In this document: one piece after another, positions 11,978 to 25,589 of the stretch
Numbering within the stretch: the first letter of the stretch is position 1
Layout: the number at the start of each line of letters is the position of its first letter
Origin: Octopus vulgaris
Taxonomy: Eukaryota
Assembly (NCBI GenBank): GCA_951406725.2
Contig: OX597833.1
Location: 22,072,001 to 22,136,000, forward strand
DNA length: 64,000 nucleotides
Direction: 5' to 3'
Position numbers and translations under genes: made by a program
The notes under the pieces: generated by a model
What the model was told of the DNA's origin: nothing
What the model saw: the letters and a program-made list of their open reading frames with translations, nothing else
Database searches by the model: none

Positions 11978-12394
11978 GTAACAACACTGACAATAACTTC
12001 GTGTATTGATGTCATTATTGGCGATTGTCACAACTGACTGCTACATGTAGCCTCATTTATCACTGATTCATTCATCACTGATCCAGTATGCTTAATTATG
12101 AACCATGCTAAGCTTATCATGGATTGATCTGTGATATGGGTTGACAATCAGTTGAAGGTCCTGCTTGTATAGCAAAAACACACCCAAGTGACTACCCACA
12201 ATGCTCAGCTACCCAGAATGCATTGATTATTGCTTGTGTTTACATGATTGTGCTACAAAGCAGTGTATTTTATTTTATACAGATTTATGCACTTGTACTC
12301 ATTAACATGGAACCAGAGAACAGATAAAAATATGAAGGAACCTGATCCAAACAAATGATGTAGGCATGTGTATCCTCTACAGGAAAAGAGTAGA

Positions 12395-12599
12395 GAGTGG
12401 CTGTGTAGTAAGTAGCTTGCTTACCAACCACATGGTTCCGGGTTCAGTCCCACTGTGTGGCACCTTGGGCAAGTGTCTTCTACTATAGCCTCGAGCCGAC
12501 CAAAGCCTTGTCAGTGGATTTGGTAGACAGAAACTGAAAGAAGCCCATTATATAGATGTGTATATATGCATATATATATATATATATACATATATATAC

Positions 12600-12640
<41 letters not shown>

Positions 12641-12860
12641 TGTGTGTGTGTGTATGTTTCTGTGTTTGTCCCCCAGCATCGCTTGACAACCGATGGTGGT
12701 GTGTTTATGTCTCCATAACTTAGCGGTTCGGCAAAAGAGACCGATAGAATAAGTACTAGGCTTCCAAAGAATAAGTCCTAGGGTCAATTTGCTCGACTAA
12801 AAGGCAGTGCTCCAGCATGGCCGCAGTCAAATGACTGAAACAAGTAAGAGAGTAAAAGAG
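12395..12860 (+). mobile_element. Full-length SINE family A
   Basis: A/B-box head (GTGGCTGTGTAGTAAG..GGTTCAGTCCC), CORE-like CACCTTGGGCAAGTGTC, internal TA/TG microsatellite and AAGAGAGTAAAAGAG tail. Confidence 0.92.
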
Positions 12861-13069
12861 ATGATCAAGAAAATATCTAATGGTGAAAGCTTCACAGTTG
12901 TGGGACAGTGAATTTGGTGTCAATGAATCTTCTATTCATTCCATTTGAAGTAAGGCATGGAGACGATTCATTTATTACTGATTCATCTATCACTGTTTTT
13001 CATTTTTTTAGTTCTAAAGCCTTTGATAAATGAGTATAGATGCACTACAGCGACTGTTACTACTGCTTC

Positions 13070-13290
13070 CAATGCCATTTGACATGAAGAAGCCTGTCTA
13101 TATATTCTTGCCAGCTTTTGCCTATTTTGTGCTTTGCTTTCAGCCTCTACCCAGTCCCAATCTTCTCTTTTTCTCCAGAATATTCTCAGCCATGGAGGCC
13201 CAAACAGTCTCCATCTTCTCCTGTCTTACACTGTCCATTTCACTGACTGATGCACTCCCAACACATCAAAGACCATCCCTGCTTCTATGA
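13070..13290 (-). mobile_element. Old RTE-like LINE 3' fragment
   Basis: Minus-strand translation across a frameshift gives W-V-E-A-E-S-K-A-Q-N-R-Q..W-Q-E-Y-I, resembling the RTE terminal W..A...AQDR..W motif. Confidence 0.35.
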
Positions 13291-13464
13291 TACAATCTTC
13301 CTGTTTTAAACTGATTTAAATTAAACCCTTCTTTCAAAAAATCTTGTTAATTTATGTTCCGGACATCAGATAAATAATGGAAAAGTTATTTTATTAAATT
13401 TTTCATTATTTTCCAAATTAACTAAAATAAAGGCAGATAATTCCAACAGAAATATGCTAACAGA

Positions 13465-13665
13465 AGCGAGCTGGCAGAAATGTTAGCACGCCGGGCAAAA
13501 TACTTAGCGGTATTTCGCCTGCCATTAGGTCGACTTTGCCTTTCATCCTTTCGGGGTCGATTAAATAAGTACCAGTTATGCACTGGGGCCGATGTAATAA
13601 ACTTAATCCCTTTGTCTGTCCTTGTTTGTCCTTTCTATGTTTAGCCCCTTGTGGGCAATAAAGAA

Positions 13666-13666
<1 letters not shown>
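13465..13666 (+). mobile_element. SINE family B
   Basis: GCGAGCTGGCAGAAATGTTAGCACGCCGGGC head and family B body. Confidence 0.85.
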
Positions 13667-13716
<50 letters not shown>

Positions 13717-14057
13717 TTCAACTAAAAGTTCTTTGAAGCAGTGCCCCAGCATGGCCATAGTCTAATGACTGAAACAAGTAAGAGATGTGTGTGTCTGTGT
13801 GTGTATTATACTTTGACATGAAGAATGGTGACAGTAACTTTGAAGTTTTGGACTACTAGCCTTCGTCAAGCCAGTAGCCTTCATTGGCACAATGAAGTGA
13901 CACAATCCAATGGAGGCAAGGAAACTGAAACTTTGAGTTACTGTCATCTCTCTTCTTGTAAAAATATATATAAATATGTACTCCACAAAAAAATGCTGAG
14001 AAATCCTTCAGTTTATATAAAATTGCTCTTATTCAAAGTTGGCATGAAAACAAACAC

Positions 14058-14114
<57 letters not shown>

Positions 14115-14579
14115 GAATGTATATATAACCACAGACATTCACATGTCTGTTTGTATGTTTATTTTAAAGAGGAACAATAACTTAAAAAAAAAACGAAACA
14201 AACACAACAAAAAAAACACAAATACAAAAAGAAAACAACAACCTAACATTGAATAATTCTCCATTTTATTACGCTAACCTCTGTGAACTGTGATGAAACA
14301 AGGAATTTTTTCACAGCTGTAGCTTATCTAAATTCTTCAGCTGCACGACAGAGCGTCTCAGAGTTGGTGTTGTTTTGGTTGCAAACAAACTGCGCTGCAT
14401 GTCAGCTGATGTGGCTTTTCGGAATTCCTCACACACAAGCATTCGTTAGTAGGATATAATTAAAGCATTTATCAAGTGAGCCTACCCCTACCCACCCTCC
14501 ACATGTCATAGCTACTCTCCCCATCAAAAAAAAAAATGACTAGGGCAGGGAGAGGATGGAGTGGGGCTTCCTTTTTTTT

Positions 14580-14787
14580 TACTTTACTCTTTTACTTGTT
14601 TCAGTCATTTGACTGCGGCCATGCTGGAGTACCACCTTTAGTCGAGCAAATTGACCCCAGGACTTATTCTTTGTAAGCCCAGTACTTATTCTATCGGTCT
14701 CTTTTGCCTAACTGCTAAGTGACGGGGACGTAAACACACCAGCATCGGTTGTCAAGCAATGCTAGGGGGACAAACACAGACACACAA

Positions 14788-14832
<45 letters not shown>

Positions 14833-14997
14833 TACGACAGGCTTCTTTCAGTTTCTGTCTACCAAATCCACTCACAAGGCATTGGTCGGCCCGGTGCTAT
14901 AGCAGAAGACACTTGCCCAAGATGCCACGCAGTGGGACTGAACCTGGAACCATGTGGTTGGTTAGCAAGCTACTTACCACACAGCCACTCCTGCACC
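14580..14997 (-). mobile_element. Full-length SINE family A
   Basis: Reverse complement of the 12395 copy. Confidence 0.92.
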
Positions 14998-15119
14998 TTA
15001 CTGTTCTTGATTGTCAAACTTGACAAATAAATAATAGTCAAATCTCCCTGAAATCACAGCTAACCATCTTGGGAAAGGAAACCACAGTTTCTCTGAAAAT
15101 TGGGACCAATATATTCTAT

Positions 15120-15328
15120 TATTCTTTTACTAGTTTCAGTCATTTGACTGCGGTCATGCTGGAGCACTGCCTTAAAGGGTTTTAGTTGAAGAAATTGACC
15201 CCAAGACTTATTCTTTGGAAGCCTAGTATTTCTTCTATTGGACTCTTGCCGAACTGTTAAGTTATCGAGCTGTAAACACACCAACATCGGCTGTCAAGTG
15301 ATGGTGGGGGGATAAACACAGACACAAA

Positions 15329-15367
<39 letters not shown>

Positions 15368-15540
15368 CAAATCCACCCAGAATGCTTTGGCCAGCCTGAG
15401 GCTATAGTAGAAGACACTTACAGAAGGACTGTGTGGTAAGAAGCCTGCTTTCCAACCACATGGTTCCAGGTTCAGTCCTTCTGTAAGTGTCTTCTGCTAT
15501 AGCCTCAGGCTGGCCAAAGCATTCTGGGTGGATTTGGTAT
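15120..15540. mobile_element. SINE family A with a fold-back inverted duplication
   Basis: 68-bp arms 15364-15431 and 15473-15540 are reverse complements with one mismatch. Confidence 0.85.
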
Positions 15541-16164
15541 ATATGTATGTGTGTGTAGAGAGCTTCTACAGGTGTTATTTGGCATTTCACCCGGCATGCT
15601 AACGTTTCTGCCAGCTTGCTGCCTTGGAAGTGTATACCCTTCATACCCAACTATAGTAAACCTGACTTGATAAATTCCGTCTGATCCATGCAGGCATGGA
15701 AAAGTGGACGTCAAAAAGTATGATGATAGGATTTTAAGCATACTAGCTCCATATTAGTATGTCACCAGCTGCATTCGTGTTTGTAGTCATGTGAAAGTTC
15801 TGTTTCCTTGGCAACCAGTAAGCAGTAACAACAGTGATACTAAATTGTAAGTGAGAAGAAGCAGAGAACATTTGTGAAATTGTGTTGAAACTCTAAGCTG
15901 TGACATATCAAGACCTTGCACCTGTTTAATGAAATAGGAGGAGAAAACACTATAAAACTGAGAACTGAATGGAAAAATTCACTCCAAAATTTATTTTGCT
16001 ACTTAATACTTATCATCTATAAAGACTTATTTCACAGGTTTTTTTGTTTTTTGAAATTTCAATGTCCACTCAATTATTCATTGTGTCTGAAGCTAAGATG
16101 TATTAAAACCAATGTTTAATGAGGCTATTCCCAATTAGCAGCAGTACTTGATCTCGCCCAGGTA

Positions 16165-16205
16165 CTTCTTCGTCTTCTTCTTCTTCTTCTTCTTCTTCCT
16201 CTTTC

Positions 16206-16246
<41 letters not shown>

Positions 16247-16275
16247 TATCATCATCATCACCATCATTGTCGTCG

Positions 16276-16317
<42 letters not shown>

Positions 16318-16352
16318 CTGTCATTGTCGTCATCGTCATCAATATCATCATC
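16165..16352. repeat. (TTC)n/(CAT)n microsatellite
   Basis: Visible directly. Confidence 0.95.
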
Positions 16353-16361
16353 CATTTAACA

Positions 16362-16541
16362 TACAGTTCTATATTTAAGAGATGAGGAATTATGTACATT
16401 ATTTACATTCAACAGATATTTGTCCTCTTGTTTGTTGTTAACACAACATTTCGACTGATTATACTCTCCAGTCTTCATCATCTGTCTTGGGGAAATTTCG
16501 AACCTGGGTTCACATTCCTAAGATATTTTTCGATATTGTTG

Positions 16542-16576
<35 letters not shown>

Positions 16577-16735
16577 GTTGTTGTTGTTGTTTTTGTTGTT
16601 ATTATTCAGGTCACTGCTTGGAATCGAACTCGGAATCTTGGGGTTATTTAACCACTATGTCATATGCCTGTGGGCATATGGCTTAGTGGTTAAATATCCG
16701 ACAAATATCCGTCGAATGTAAACAATGTAAATAAT
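16362..16735 (-). mobile_element. Second copy of the tRNA-headed HHR element, again head-to-head
   Basis: Full minus arm 16362-16668, homologous to 5393-5737. Palindromic junction AACCACTATGTCATATGCC-TGTG-GGCATATGGCTTAGTGGTT. The internally deleted plus arm ends ..AATGTAAATAAT. HHR at 16441-16485 has stem II GACTG/CAGTC. Confidence 0.82.
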
Positions 16736-17074
16736 ATTCATTTCAAGCTTGCATGGATCAGACAGAATTTACTGAAGTGGATTTTCTACAGTTGGATGCT
16801 CTTCCTGTCACCAACTTTCCCCTGTTTCCAAGTAAGATAATATATTCCCTCATGGCTGGACAAGTTTTCACAGAAGACTGGAACTCAACAACCTCACTCA
16901 TATTATGATGATGATGATGATGATGATGCTATTTTACAACTATTACATGATATCTAGACAAGGGTACACACACATATGCACACACACAAAAGGAAGCACA
17001 GAGGTGCAAAACAAGGTGGAAAAAATAGCACTTGAATACTAAAAGTAAAATAAAATGCTATTTTATTTTAAAAG

Positions 17075-17290
17075 GCAGTGAACTGGTAGCAATGTTAGCA
17101 TGCTGGGCAAAATGCTTAACGGTATTTCGTCTGTCTTTACGTTCTGAGTTCAAATTCCGCCGAGGTCAACTTTGCCTTTCATCCTTTCGGGGTCGATAAA
17201 TTATGTACCAGTTGCATACTGGGGTCAATCTAATCGACTTGCTCACCCACCAAAAATTTTGGGCCTTGTGCTTTGAGAAGAAAGGATTAA
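17075..17290 (+). mobile_element. SINE family B
   Basis: Family B consensus match. Confidence 0.85.
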
Positions 17291-17399
17291 AGCTGAAAAA
17301 AATAACCTCCACAAGCTGTTACTCAGAGTTTCACTTAACTATTCACCAGACAGTTGAAATATGCAGATTAGTCTGTATTTTTCATAAAATAGCATGTAC

Positions 17400-17920
17400 G
17401 TACATAAACAATGGGCTTTTTTCAGTTCCTGTTGACCATATCTAGTCACAAGGCATTGGTCAGCCCAGAGCTACCGTAGAAGACACTTGACCAAGGTACC
17501 TTGCTCTGGGACTGAACCTGAAATTATGTAGCTGCAAAGCAAACTTCATAACCACGTTGTTCTGGGTTCAGTCCCACCACATGGCACCTTGGGCAAGTGT
17601 TTTCTACTATAACCTCAGGCCAACCTAAGATTGTGGGTAGATTTGGTAAATGGAAACCGAAAGAAACCTGTTGTGTGTGGTATATATATATATATTAACT
17701 TACTTAGTGGCCCTGCCAGTGCTGATGCCATGTAAAAGGCACCCAAGCTATCCTGTGAAGTGGTTGGTGTTTAGAAGGGCATCCAGTTGTAAAAACCCTG
17801 CCAAAACAGATACGGAAGTCTGGTGCAGTCTTCTGCCTGGCCAGCTCCTGTCAAACTGTGTAACCTATTCCAGCATGGAAGGCAGACGTTAAACAATGAT
17901 GATGATGATGATAGTTATGA
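17400..17920. mobile_element. Cluster: inverted pair of family A fragments followed by a family D element with (GAT)n tail
   Basis: GGGACTGAACC (minus) and GGTTCAGTCCC (plus); then GGTTGGTGTTTAGAAGGGCATCCAGTTGTAAAAAC. Confidence 0.7.
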
Positions 17921-18251
17921 CGATGATGGTAATAGAGATAGTGGTGGTGGTGATGATGATGATGATGTGAGTCATTGTGATGAGGATGATGATGATAATG
18001 GTGGTGGTGGTGGTGGTGATGGTGACGCTACTGCTACTGCTGTCACCACTGCCAGTAGCCTTTACAAAAGACTTGACTTATTGTCATTTCTTCGACACTT
18101 TCTTGCAACATATCTCTGAACCTTTTTGTGACTTTTAAGTAAGAAATCTTAGATATTTCAATACTGTTAAATGTTAGATATTCCACATTCCAAAAACAAC
18201 ACTAAATAGATCATCAACTAACTCATGAGTTTGTTAGCACCAAACTGACCG

Positions 18252-18285
<34 letters not shown>

Positions 18286-18289
<4 letters not shown>

Positions 18290-18450
18290 GAGAATTTACA
18301 AAATATCAAAAGACGAAGACAGGTGGTGTAGACAACAAACAGATGTATTAGTTTAATGCTTGGGAAGTGTAAAAGTCTTTAACATTTCGAGCCTACACTC
18401 TTACACAGAAAAGAACTCAGAAAGAAACAAGGAGAAAAAAAATAAAGAAT
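18286..18450 (-). mobile_element. HHR-2 repeat (Penelope pLTR-like) with degenerate hammerhead at 18377-18412
   Basis: Reverse complement: TTTT CTGTGTA AGAGT GTAG GCTC GAAATGTT AAAG; flanks match 61480-61650. Confidence 0.6.
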
Positions 18451-19101
18451 GTGTTTATGTATATGTATATATATATATATATATCACAGTAATCACCGTG
18501 ACCGACCAGGCTATCAGATGTTGCTACACATTGCTGGTCACAATGCGCTTTGAATTGTTTTAGCCTTCAAATGACGCCACCCCACTGGTTAAGCAAGCAG
18601 GCCAACAAAAGAGTACAGCAGATATATATATATATATATATATATGGATGTGTGTGTATGTGCTTGTGTATATGTATTTGTGCATGTGTGTTTGTTCCCC
18701 CATCATCGCTTGACAACCGATGCTGGTGTGTTTACGTCCCCATAACTTAGCAGTTCGGCATAAGGGACCGATAAAATAAGTACTAGACTTACAAGAAATA
18801 AGCTTTGGGGTCGATTTGCTGGACTAAAGGCAGTGCTCCAACATGGCCACAGTCAAAATGACTGAAACAAGTAAAAGAGTAAAGAAATTTAAAAGAATGC
18901 AAAAAGAAAACAAATGAAAAAAACGAAAAACGAATAGAAAATAAAATAGAAGACAAAAAAATATAATAATGTGTATCATGTTTAGATTGAATCTGGACTG
19001 ACATTCAATATCTTAGACTGCTTTACCTCAGTGGCACAATGGTAACAGAAACAATAAGAGAGTGTGGAGAGAAAAGGGAAATAAAAAAATCAAATTCATG
19101 A

Positions 19102-19505
19102 AGGAGTGGCTGTGTGGTAAGTAGCTTGCTTATCAACCCATGTTTCTAGGTTCAGTCCCACTGCGTGGCACCTTGGGGCAAGTGTCTTCTACTATAGCAT
19201 CGGGCCAACCAAAGCCTTCTGAGTGGATTTGGTAGACAGAAACTGAAAGAAGCTCTTGTATGTATGTATGTATGTGTATATGTTTGTGTATCTGTGTTTG
19301 TCCCCCCAACATCGCTCGACAACTGATGCTGGTGTGCTTACGTCCCTGTAGCTTAGCAGTTCGGCAAGAGAGACTGATAGAATAAGTACTAGGCTTACAG
19401 AGAATAAATCCTGGGGTCGATTTGCTCGACTAAAGGTGGTGCTCTAGCATGGCCACAGTGAAATGACTGAAACAACTAAAAGAGTAAAAGAGAGAGTAAA
19501 GAGTT
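19102..19505 (+). mobile_element. Full-length SINE family A
   Basis: Family A consensus match. Confidence 0.9.
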
Positions 19506-19552
19506 AAATTAAAGTTCCAAATGGTAATGGATTTATATTTTTTTAGAACAAA

Positions 19553-19621
<69 letters not shown>

Positions 19622-19939
19622 GTTTCAGATTTTTCCACAGGGGCAGCCATTTTGGGGGAGGGGATGAGTTGATTACATCGACCCCAGTGTTTCACTGTAC
19701 TTAATTTATTGACCCTGATAGGATGGAAGGCAAAGCTGACCTCGGCAGAATTTGAGCTCAGAATGTAAAGACTGACAAAATGCCGCTAAGCATTTTCCCC
19801 AGCACATTCATATATGAATGTGTGTATAAATACATAAATATATATAAATACATATACGCACATACATAAAGTATGTATATATAAACAGACATGTGCATAC
19901 GCACAAACACACACAGATATATATGCATGTTGTGTTGTG

Positions 19940-20450
19940 ACCCCTTTCGGTCATGAATGACCATGGAATTGCACCTAGAAAGTTACCCTCCGAGGCACAG
20001 GTCTTGGCAAGGTTGTTTATGGATGACCAGCAGTCGCCTGTCCATACCAGCCTCCCCTCTCTATACCACCAGTGTTATCCAAGGGAAAGGCAAAGGGGCC
20101 GATACAGCTTGGCACCTGTGACGTTGCAGCTCATTTATTAAGGTGCAAGTGGCTGAGCACTCCACAGACATGTGTACCCTTAAAGTAGTTCTCAGGGAGA
20201 TTCAGCGTGACACAGAGTGTGACAAGGCTGGCCCTTTGAAATACAGGTACAACAGAAACAGGAAGAAAGAGTGAAAGAAAGTTGTGGTGAAAGAGTACAG
20301 CAGGGTTCACCACCACCCACTGCCGGAGACTCGTAGAGCTTTTAGGTGTTTTCACTCAATAAACACTCACAATGCTAGGTCTGGGAATCAAAACCGCAAT
20401 GCTACAACCATAAGTCTGCTGCCCTTACCACTGGGCCATTCGCCTCCACA
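19940..20450 (-). mobile_element. Two fused family C-related tRNA SINE segments
   Basis: 19940-20135 matches 31545-31740; 20140-20450 shares its head and body with 58280-58470. Confidence 0.75.
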
Positions 20451-20489
20451 TATACGCATGTATTGTATATATATATCATCATCATAATC

Positions 20490-20666
20490 ATCATCATCGT
20501 TTAACATCCGTTTTCCGCGCTAGCGCGGGTTGGACAGTTCGACCGGGGTCTGGGAAGTCAGGGGCTGCACCAGGCTCCAGTCTGATCTGGCAGTGTTTCT
20601 ACAGCTTGATGCCCTTCCTAACACCAACCACTCTGCGATTGTAGTGGGTGCTTTTTACGTGCCACC

Positions 20667-20670
<4 letters not shown>
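20490..20670 (-). mobile_element. Family D retroposon 3' part
   Basis: CATCATCGTTTAACATCCG..CAGCTTGATGCCCTTCCTAACACCAACC. Confidence 0.8.
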
Positions 20671-20763
<93 letters not shown>

Positions 20764-21417
20764 TTTCTCTCTACCAAATTCAATCACAAAGCATTGGTTG
20801 GCTTGAGGCTATAGTAGAAGACACTTGCCTAAGATGCCATGCAGTGGGACTGAACCCACAACCATATGATTACAATGCAAACTTTTTAACCACAATTTTT
20901 CTTTATTCAAAATGTGTTTGGCTGGATCCACTTCAGAAATAAACTCGTAGTTATTCTTCATAAGGGATTCACTGTATCTCTAAACATTTTGGGTGTGAAT
21001 AGGTGAAGTCTACCAAGGAGTGGAAGAGAGAAAGTATGGAATTTGAAACAGAAAAATCTCAGACCAATAAAGATGATCTCTACCCTTCAGAAATTTTATT
21101 TGGCTGACTACCCTTATGTCTACCCGTCTGTCTGTTCGCCTCTGTTTGTGTTTCATTGTAATGAGTCAAACTGTCTGCTGTCAACAGAAAAACAAATAAA
21201 GCTGTCTTGTGGTGTCGGCTGTGTTTTTATTTGCTGTGAATGTCGTTTAAGGAAGGAAGGACTGACCGACCAGGGAATGGAAGGCGGGTGGGTTTATGGG
21301 TGGATGTTGAAGAAGAGTGTGCAGTGAGGGTGGGTGGCAGTGATGGGGGTGAGTGGGGGATATCTGAATGTAGGCTTGAGACAAACAAAAATAAGCAGCT
21401 TTTTGTTATGAGCACAC

Positions 21418-22070
21418 GATGATGATCATCATCATCATCTTCATGCTTGTAAGTAAGGTAGTGGGGATGGTGGTGATGACGCAGACGATGACGCTGATGT
21501 TGATAATGATGACGATTAGGGTGTTGATGATGAGGATAGCTGTTTTTAATTATGGTGGTGGTTGTAGTAGTGATGATGATAATGATGATGATGATGATTT
21601 AGGTAGTAGTGGTGGTGGACGTTGCGATGATGATGATGATGATGATGACCATGTGGAACTTGATGATAATGATGATTATTGCAATGATGACAACAACAAC
21701 AATGATGATTGTGATGATGATGATGATTACGATGATAATTATGATGGTGATGATGATGATGATTGTAATGATAATTGTGATGATGACAACGACAGTGATG
21801 ATGATTGTGATGATGATGATGTTGAAAATGATGATAATGATGACAATGATGATGATAATGTTGATGACGACAATGATGACAATGACGATGATGATAGTGA
21901 TGATGATGCTGAAAATGATGATGAATATGATGATGTTGATGACGATGACAATGATGCTAGTGATGATAACGATGATGGGAAAGATGATGACAACAATGAA
22001 AATAGTGCTGCTGCAATAGTTCATGACGACGACAACACCGACGACAGCGATGACGACGATGATAATATTC
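21418..22070. repeat. Long degenerate (GAT/GAC)n tract
   Basis: Visible directly; the poly-D/M ORFs are artefacts. Confidence 0.92.
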
Positions 22071-22269
22071 ATTAGAAAAAAGTGTCAGTGTAAGTTCTAT
22101 GAAATTATTTCAAATAAACATAAAAACAAAAAACAAAAGTGTTTTATTCTATGAAATATTTTGGTAACAAACAACAGGTTTGTTGTTCAAAGTGTGAAAC
22201 ATGAAATTTGGGGAATACGAAGAATTTTAATTGACACCATTTGCTTACTTTAAAAGTATCATTTATAAA

Positions 22270-22326
22270 TAGTGTGTGTGTGTGAGAGTGTATGCATGTG
22301 TGTGTGTATGAACACACACACACATG

Positions 22327-22367
<41 letters not shown>

Positions 22368-22416
22368 ATGTATTCATACATACACACACACACATATGCA
22401 TACACACATATGCATA

Positions 22417-22448
<32 letters not shown>

Positions 22449-22481
22449 GATACACACATATGCATATGTACATATATGTAC

Positions 22482-22521
<40 letters not shown>

Positions 22522-22910
22522 ATAGTATATGCATATATATATCATCATCACCATCACATGATGATACTTACATCCATATATATACATGCACACACATATG
22601 TATATAGATATTCATATACATACCCACATACACATTTATTTACACACACATATATATAGTTAGACAGATAAACACACACACATACATGCGTACATACATA
22701 CATACATATATAGAGACATATACACTTTTTCTTTTATGTAAAGGTGTCCTGTGGCACATTTATGTGTTTGTGTGTGTGTGTGTGTGTGCATATATTTGTA
22801 TACTATATAAACAAAATGTTAACACGCATGTACACATACACACACACGCGCATACACACACACGCGCATACACACACTCACACACAAACAAACACACTCA
22901 CACAAAATGT
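22270..22910. repeat. Compound (TA)/(CA)/(TG) microsatellite block
   Basis: Visible directly. Confidence 0.92.
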
Positions 22911-24216
22911 ATATATTACATATGCACTTTACATTTTAATAAACAACTCACACTGAACAGTTTAATTACATCAGTGTATAAAGTCTTCTCTTTCTAATTA
23001 AAAATAACCGTTTAACCCTTTAATAACCTAAGAATTATCTTCCTCTTATCAAGGGCTTCGCCATTTCCACACCAACCCACCCAAAATTATTCCTATTAAA
23101 TATTCTAAAGGAAATTACTGAACTTGATGGCATAAAAAACAAGGGTATAATAAACACACCCTGATTTCAGCAGTGCATTTACAGGAAAAATAATTTTTAG
23201 TACATTAAAAGCTTATGGGAAGACCAACTTCATATATAGTACTCGCGGTGACTTTCTGAGATGTTTTTCGAAGGTAAAAAGTGTGTCTTAAATGCTAGCA
23301 AATATGGCAAAATCTAAGACTGAAATCTTATCTACATATCTTATATATATTAACAACAGAGATAGTATTAATACCGATATTTAATATTTATTGCCACTTA
23401 AATGTGGATGCTCTGTTAGAACAAACTATACTGTGGTAGATACCACAAGAGAAACTCTCATACTGGCTCTTGGTAGAAAATGCATGCTTGTTTATATTGC
23501 TGGTGGGGAAATAAATTGACCTTCCTTGGTCTTGTCAATGATGGATATTCAACTGCTAGAGACAACAACCACTCATCTCCTCACTAACAATATGTAGAGT
23601 AAGGTGGTGAGCTAGCAGAAATATTATGCCAGGCAAAATGCTTAGTGGTATCTCATCTGTCTTTACATTCTGAGTTCAAATTTCACTGAGGTTGACTTTG
23701 CCTGTCATCCTTTTAGGCTCGATAAATTAAGTACCAGTTGTGTACTGAGGTCGATCTAATTGACTAGCCCCTTCCCCCAAAATTTCGGGCCTTGTACTTA
23801 GAGTAGAAAAGAATATGTAGAGTAACAGTGTCAGAACAGGTGCCAATGTCATGCAATTAACCAGTGAACTTGTTAAAAAATATATATTAATGACAGAGCC
23901 AGTTATTTATTTTGAGAGGTTATATCAAACATGGATATAAACAGCTAACAACTGATGAAGGGTCGTTTTTTCATGTTACTTGTCTTGTTTTCCATTTGTG
24001 TCTTTTGTTGTTCGCAAAAAAAGTTTGTATTCCATGTTTACGTTTTTCATATTTCATGTTGTTTACGTTCCCTGTTGTGCCCATATAAGCACATATATAC
24101 AAATATATGTATGTACATATATATGTGTATATATGCATATATATTTATATATTATTTATATTATTATATATACAGTTGAAATTTACAGAAAAACAAAAGA
24201 CGCAGACAGGTGTATG

Positions 24217-24260
<44 letters not shown>

Positions 24261-24431
24261 CACACATATAGACTCAATGCATTGATTTTCTTGAGGGCCT
24301 ATAATGCTGCTGATGTGGTCCTGTATATATGTGTGTGTGTGTATATGTGTGTGTGTATATGTGTGTGTGTGTATATGTGTGTGTGTATATGTGTGTGTGT
24401 ATATGTGTGTGTGTATATGTGTGTGTGTATA

Positions 24432-24464
<33 letters not shown>

Positions 24465-25589
24465 CCATCCTGTCTTGCAAGGTATTTAGCAACCTTGCCA
24501 GTGGTGGTGAAACAAAAAAAAAGCATCCAGTACACTCTGCAAATGGTTAGTATTAGTAAAGACCTCCAGCTGTAGAAACCCTGCCAAAACAGACAACAGA
24601 GCCTGGCATAGCAATCCGGCTTGCTACCGTTTGTCAAGCCATCCAGTCCATACCAGCATGGAAAGCGAGTGCTAAATGATGATGGTGATGATGATAATGA
24701 CGATGATGAGGTATGTATGCATATATGTATGTATTTTTCTCTGTATTCTGACAAACAGATGCATTCCAGTCAAAGAACTAATCCCTCATCAAGTGAGCAA
24801 TGGTGTCCCTGAATATGATTAAAAGACTTCAGTAGGCAGTGCTTTAAAGTCAGATATGGTCTGAGCCAGCCAATACTGGCAGAAACCTATCAAATCTATC
24901 AAAAACACACCAGCCATGACCATTCCATTTTATTTGTATCCAAGGCTACATTATTGAAATTGGTTTTCTTTTTTTATTCTTTTTTAAATGTCAAGATGAC
25001 CTTTGAGGGAGATGTAACTGCTATTTCTAGCTGGTTGAATAACTACTTAAAAGCTGCCTTCTGATTGGACAGCCATTATATTGTGGCCTCAGACAAAGAA
25101 AAAGCTTAACACTGGGAAAATAACAACAAAAACAACAGCAGCAGCAGCAACAACAACAACAGAGTTGAAATAACAACAGCAATAGTCACAACCACCAAAA
25201 CTGAAAGCTCCACTCCCACTTCACGGCTGAGTGATTATTTGTAGGAAGGACAACCAGAAATAAAGACAATTGCCCTAACAATAAACCAACTCAAACACAT
25301 GTTTTGAAGCACAACAAAAATAAATGTGAAACAATCGCCAACCCACCTACACCGACACTGCTACATCTCTTTATTCAAGTTCTTTTTATTTGTTTTTATT
25401 TGTTTTGTTTTGTTAGTTTACTCTGAAGTGAAAACTGTGAGTTACTCAAGCAGAACAGGCTAAATATCCAGTTAGCCTCCACAACCATTGAAGTGTCTGA
25501 GCATGTAATGTTCTAGTTAGTCAGTGTGACACTTGCTGGCTTTGTTTATATGTTCCAATGATTGCACTTATATAATACTGAGCCAGTAA

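Noticed and set aside
21419-22075. 218-aa acidic Asp-rich ORF resembling a biomineralisation protein
   Set aside because: It is indistinguishable from the many degenerate (GAT)n tracts in the window, and other frames are similarly open.
23150-23310. Possible pogo/Tigger-like MITE
   Set aside because: The resemblance of the ends is too weak to define TIRs or a TSD.
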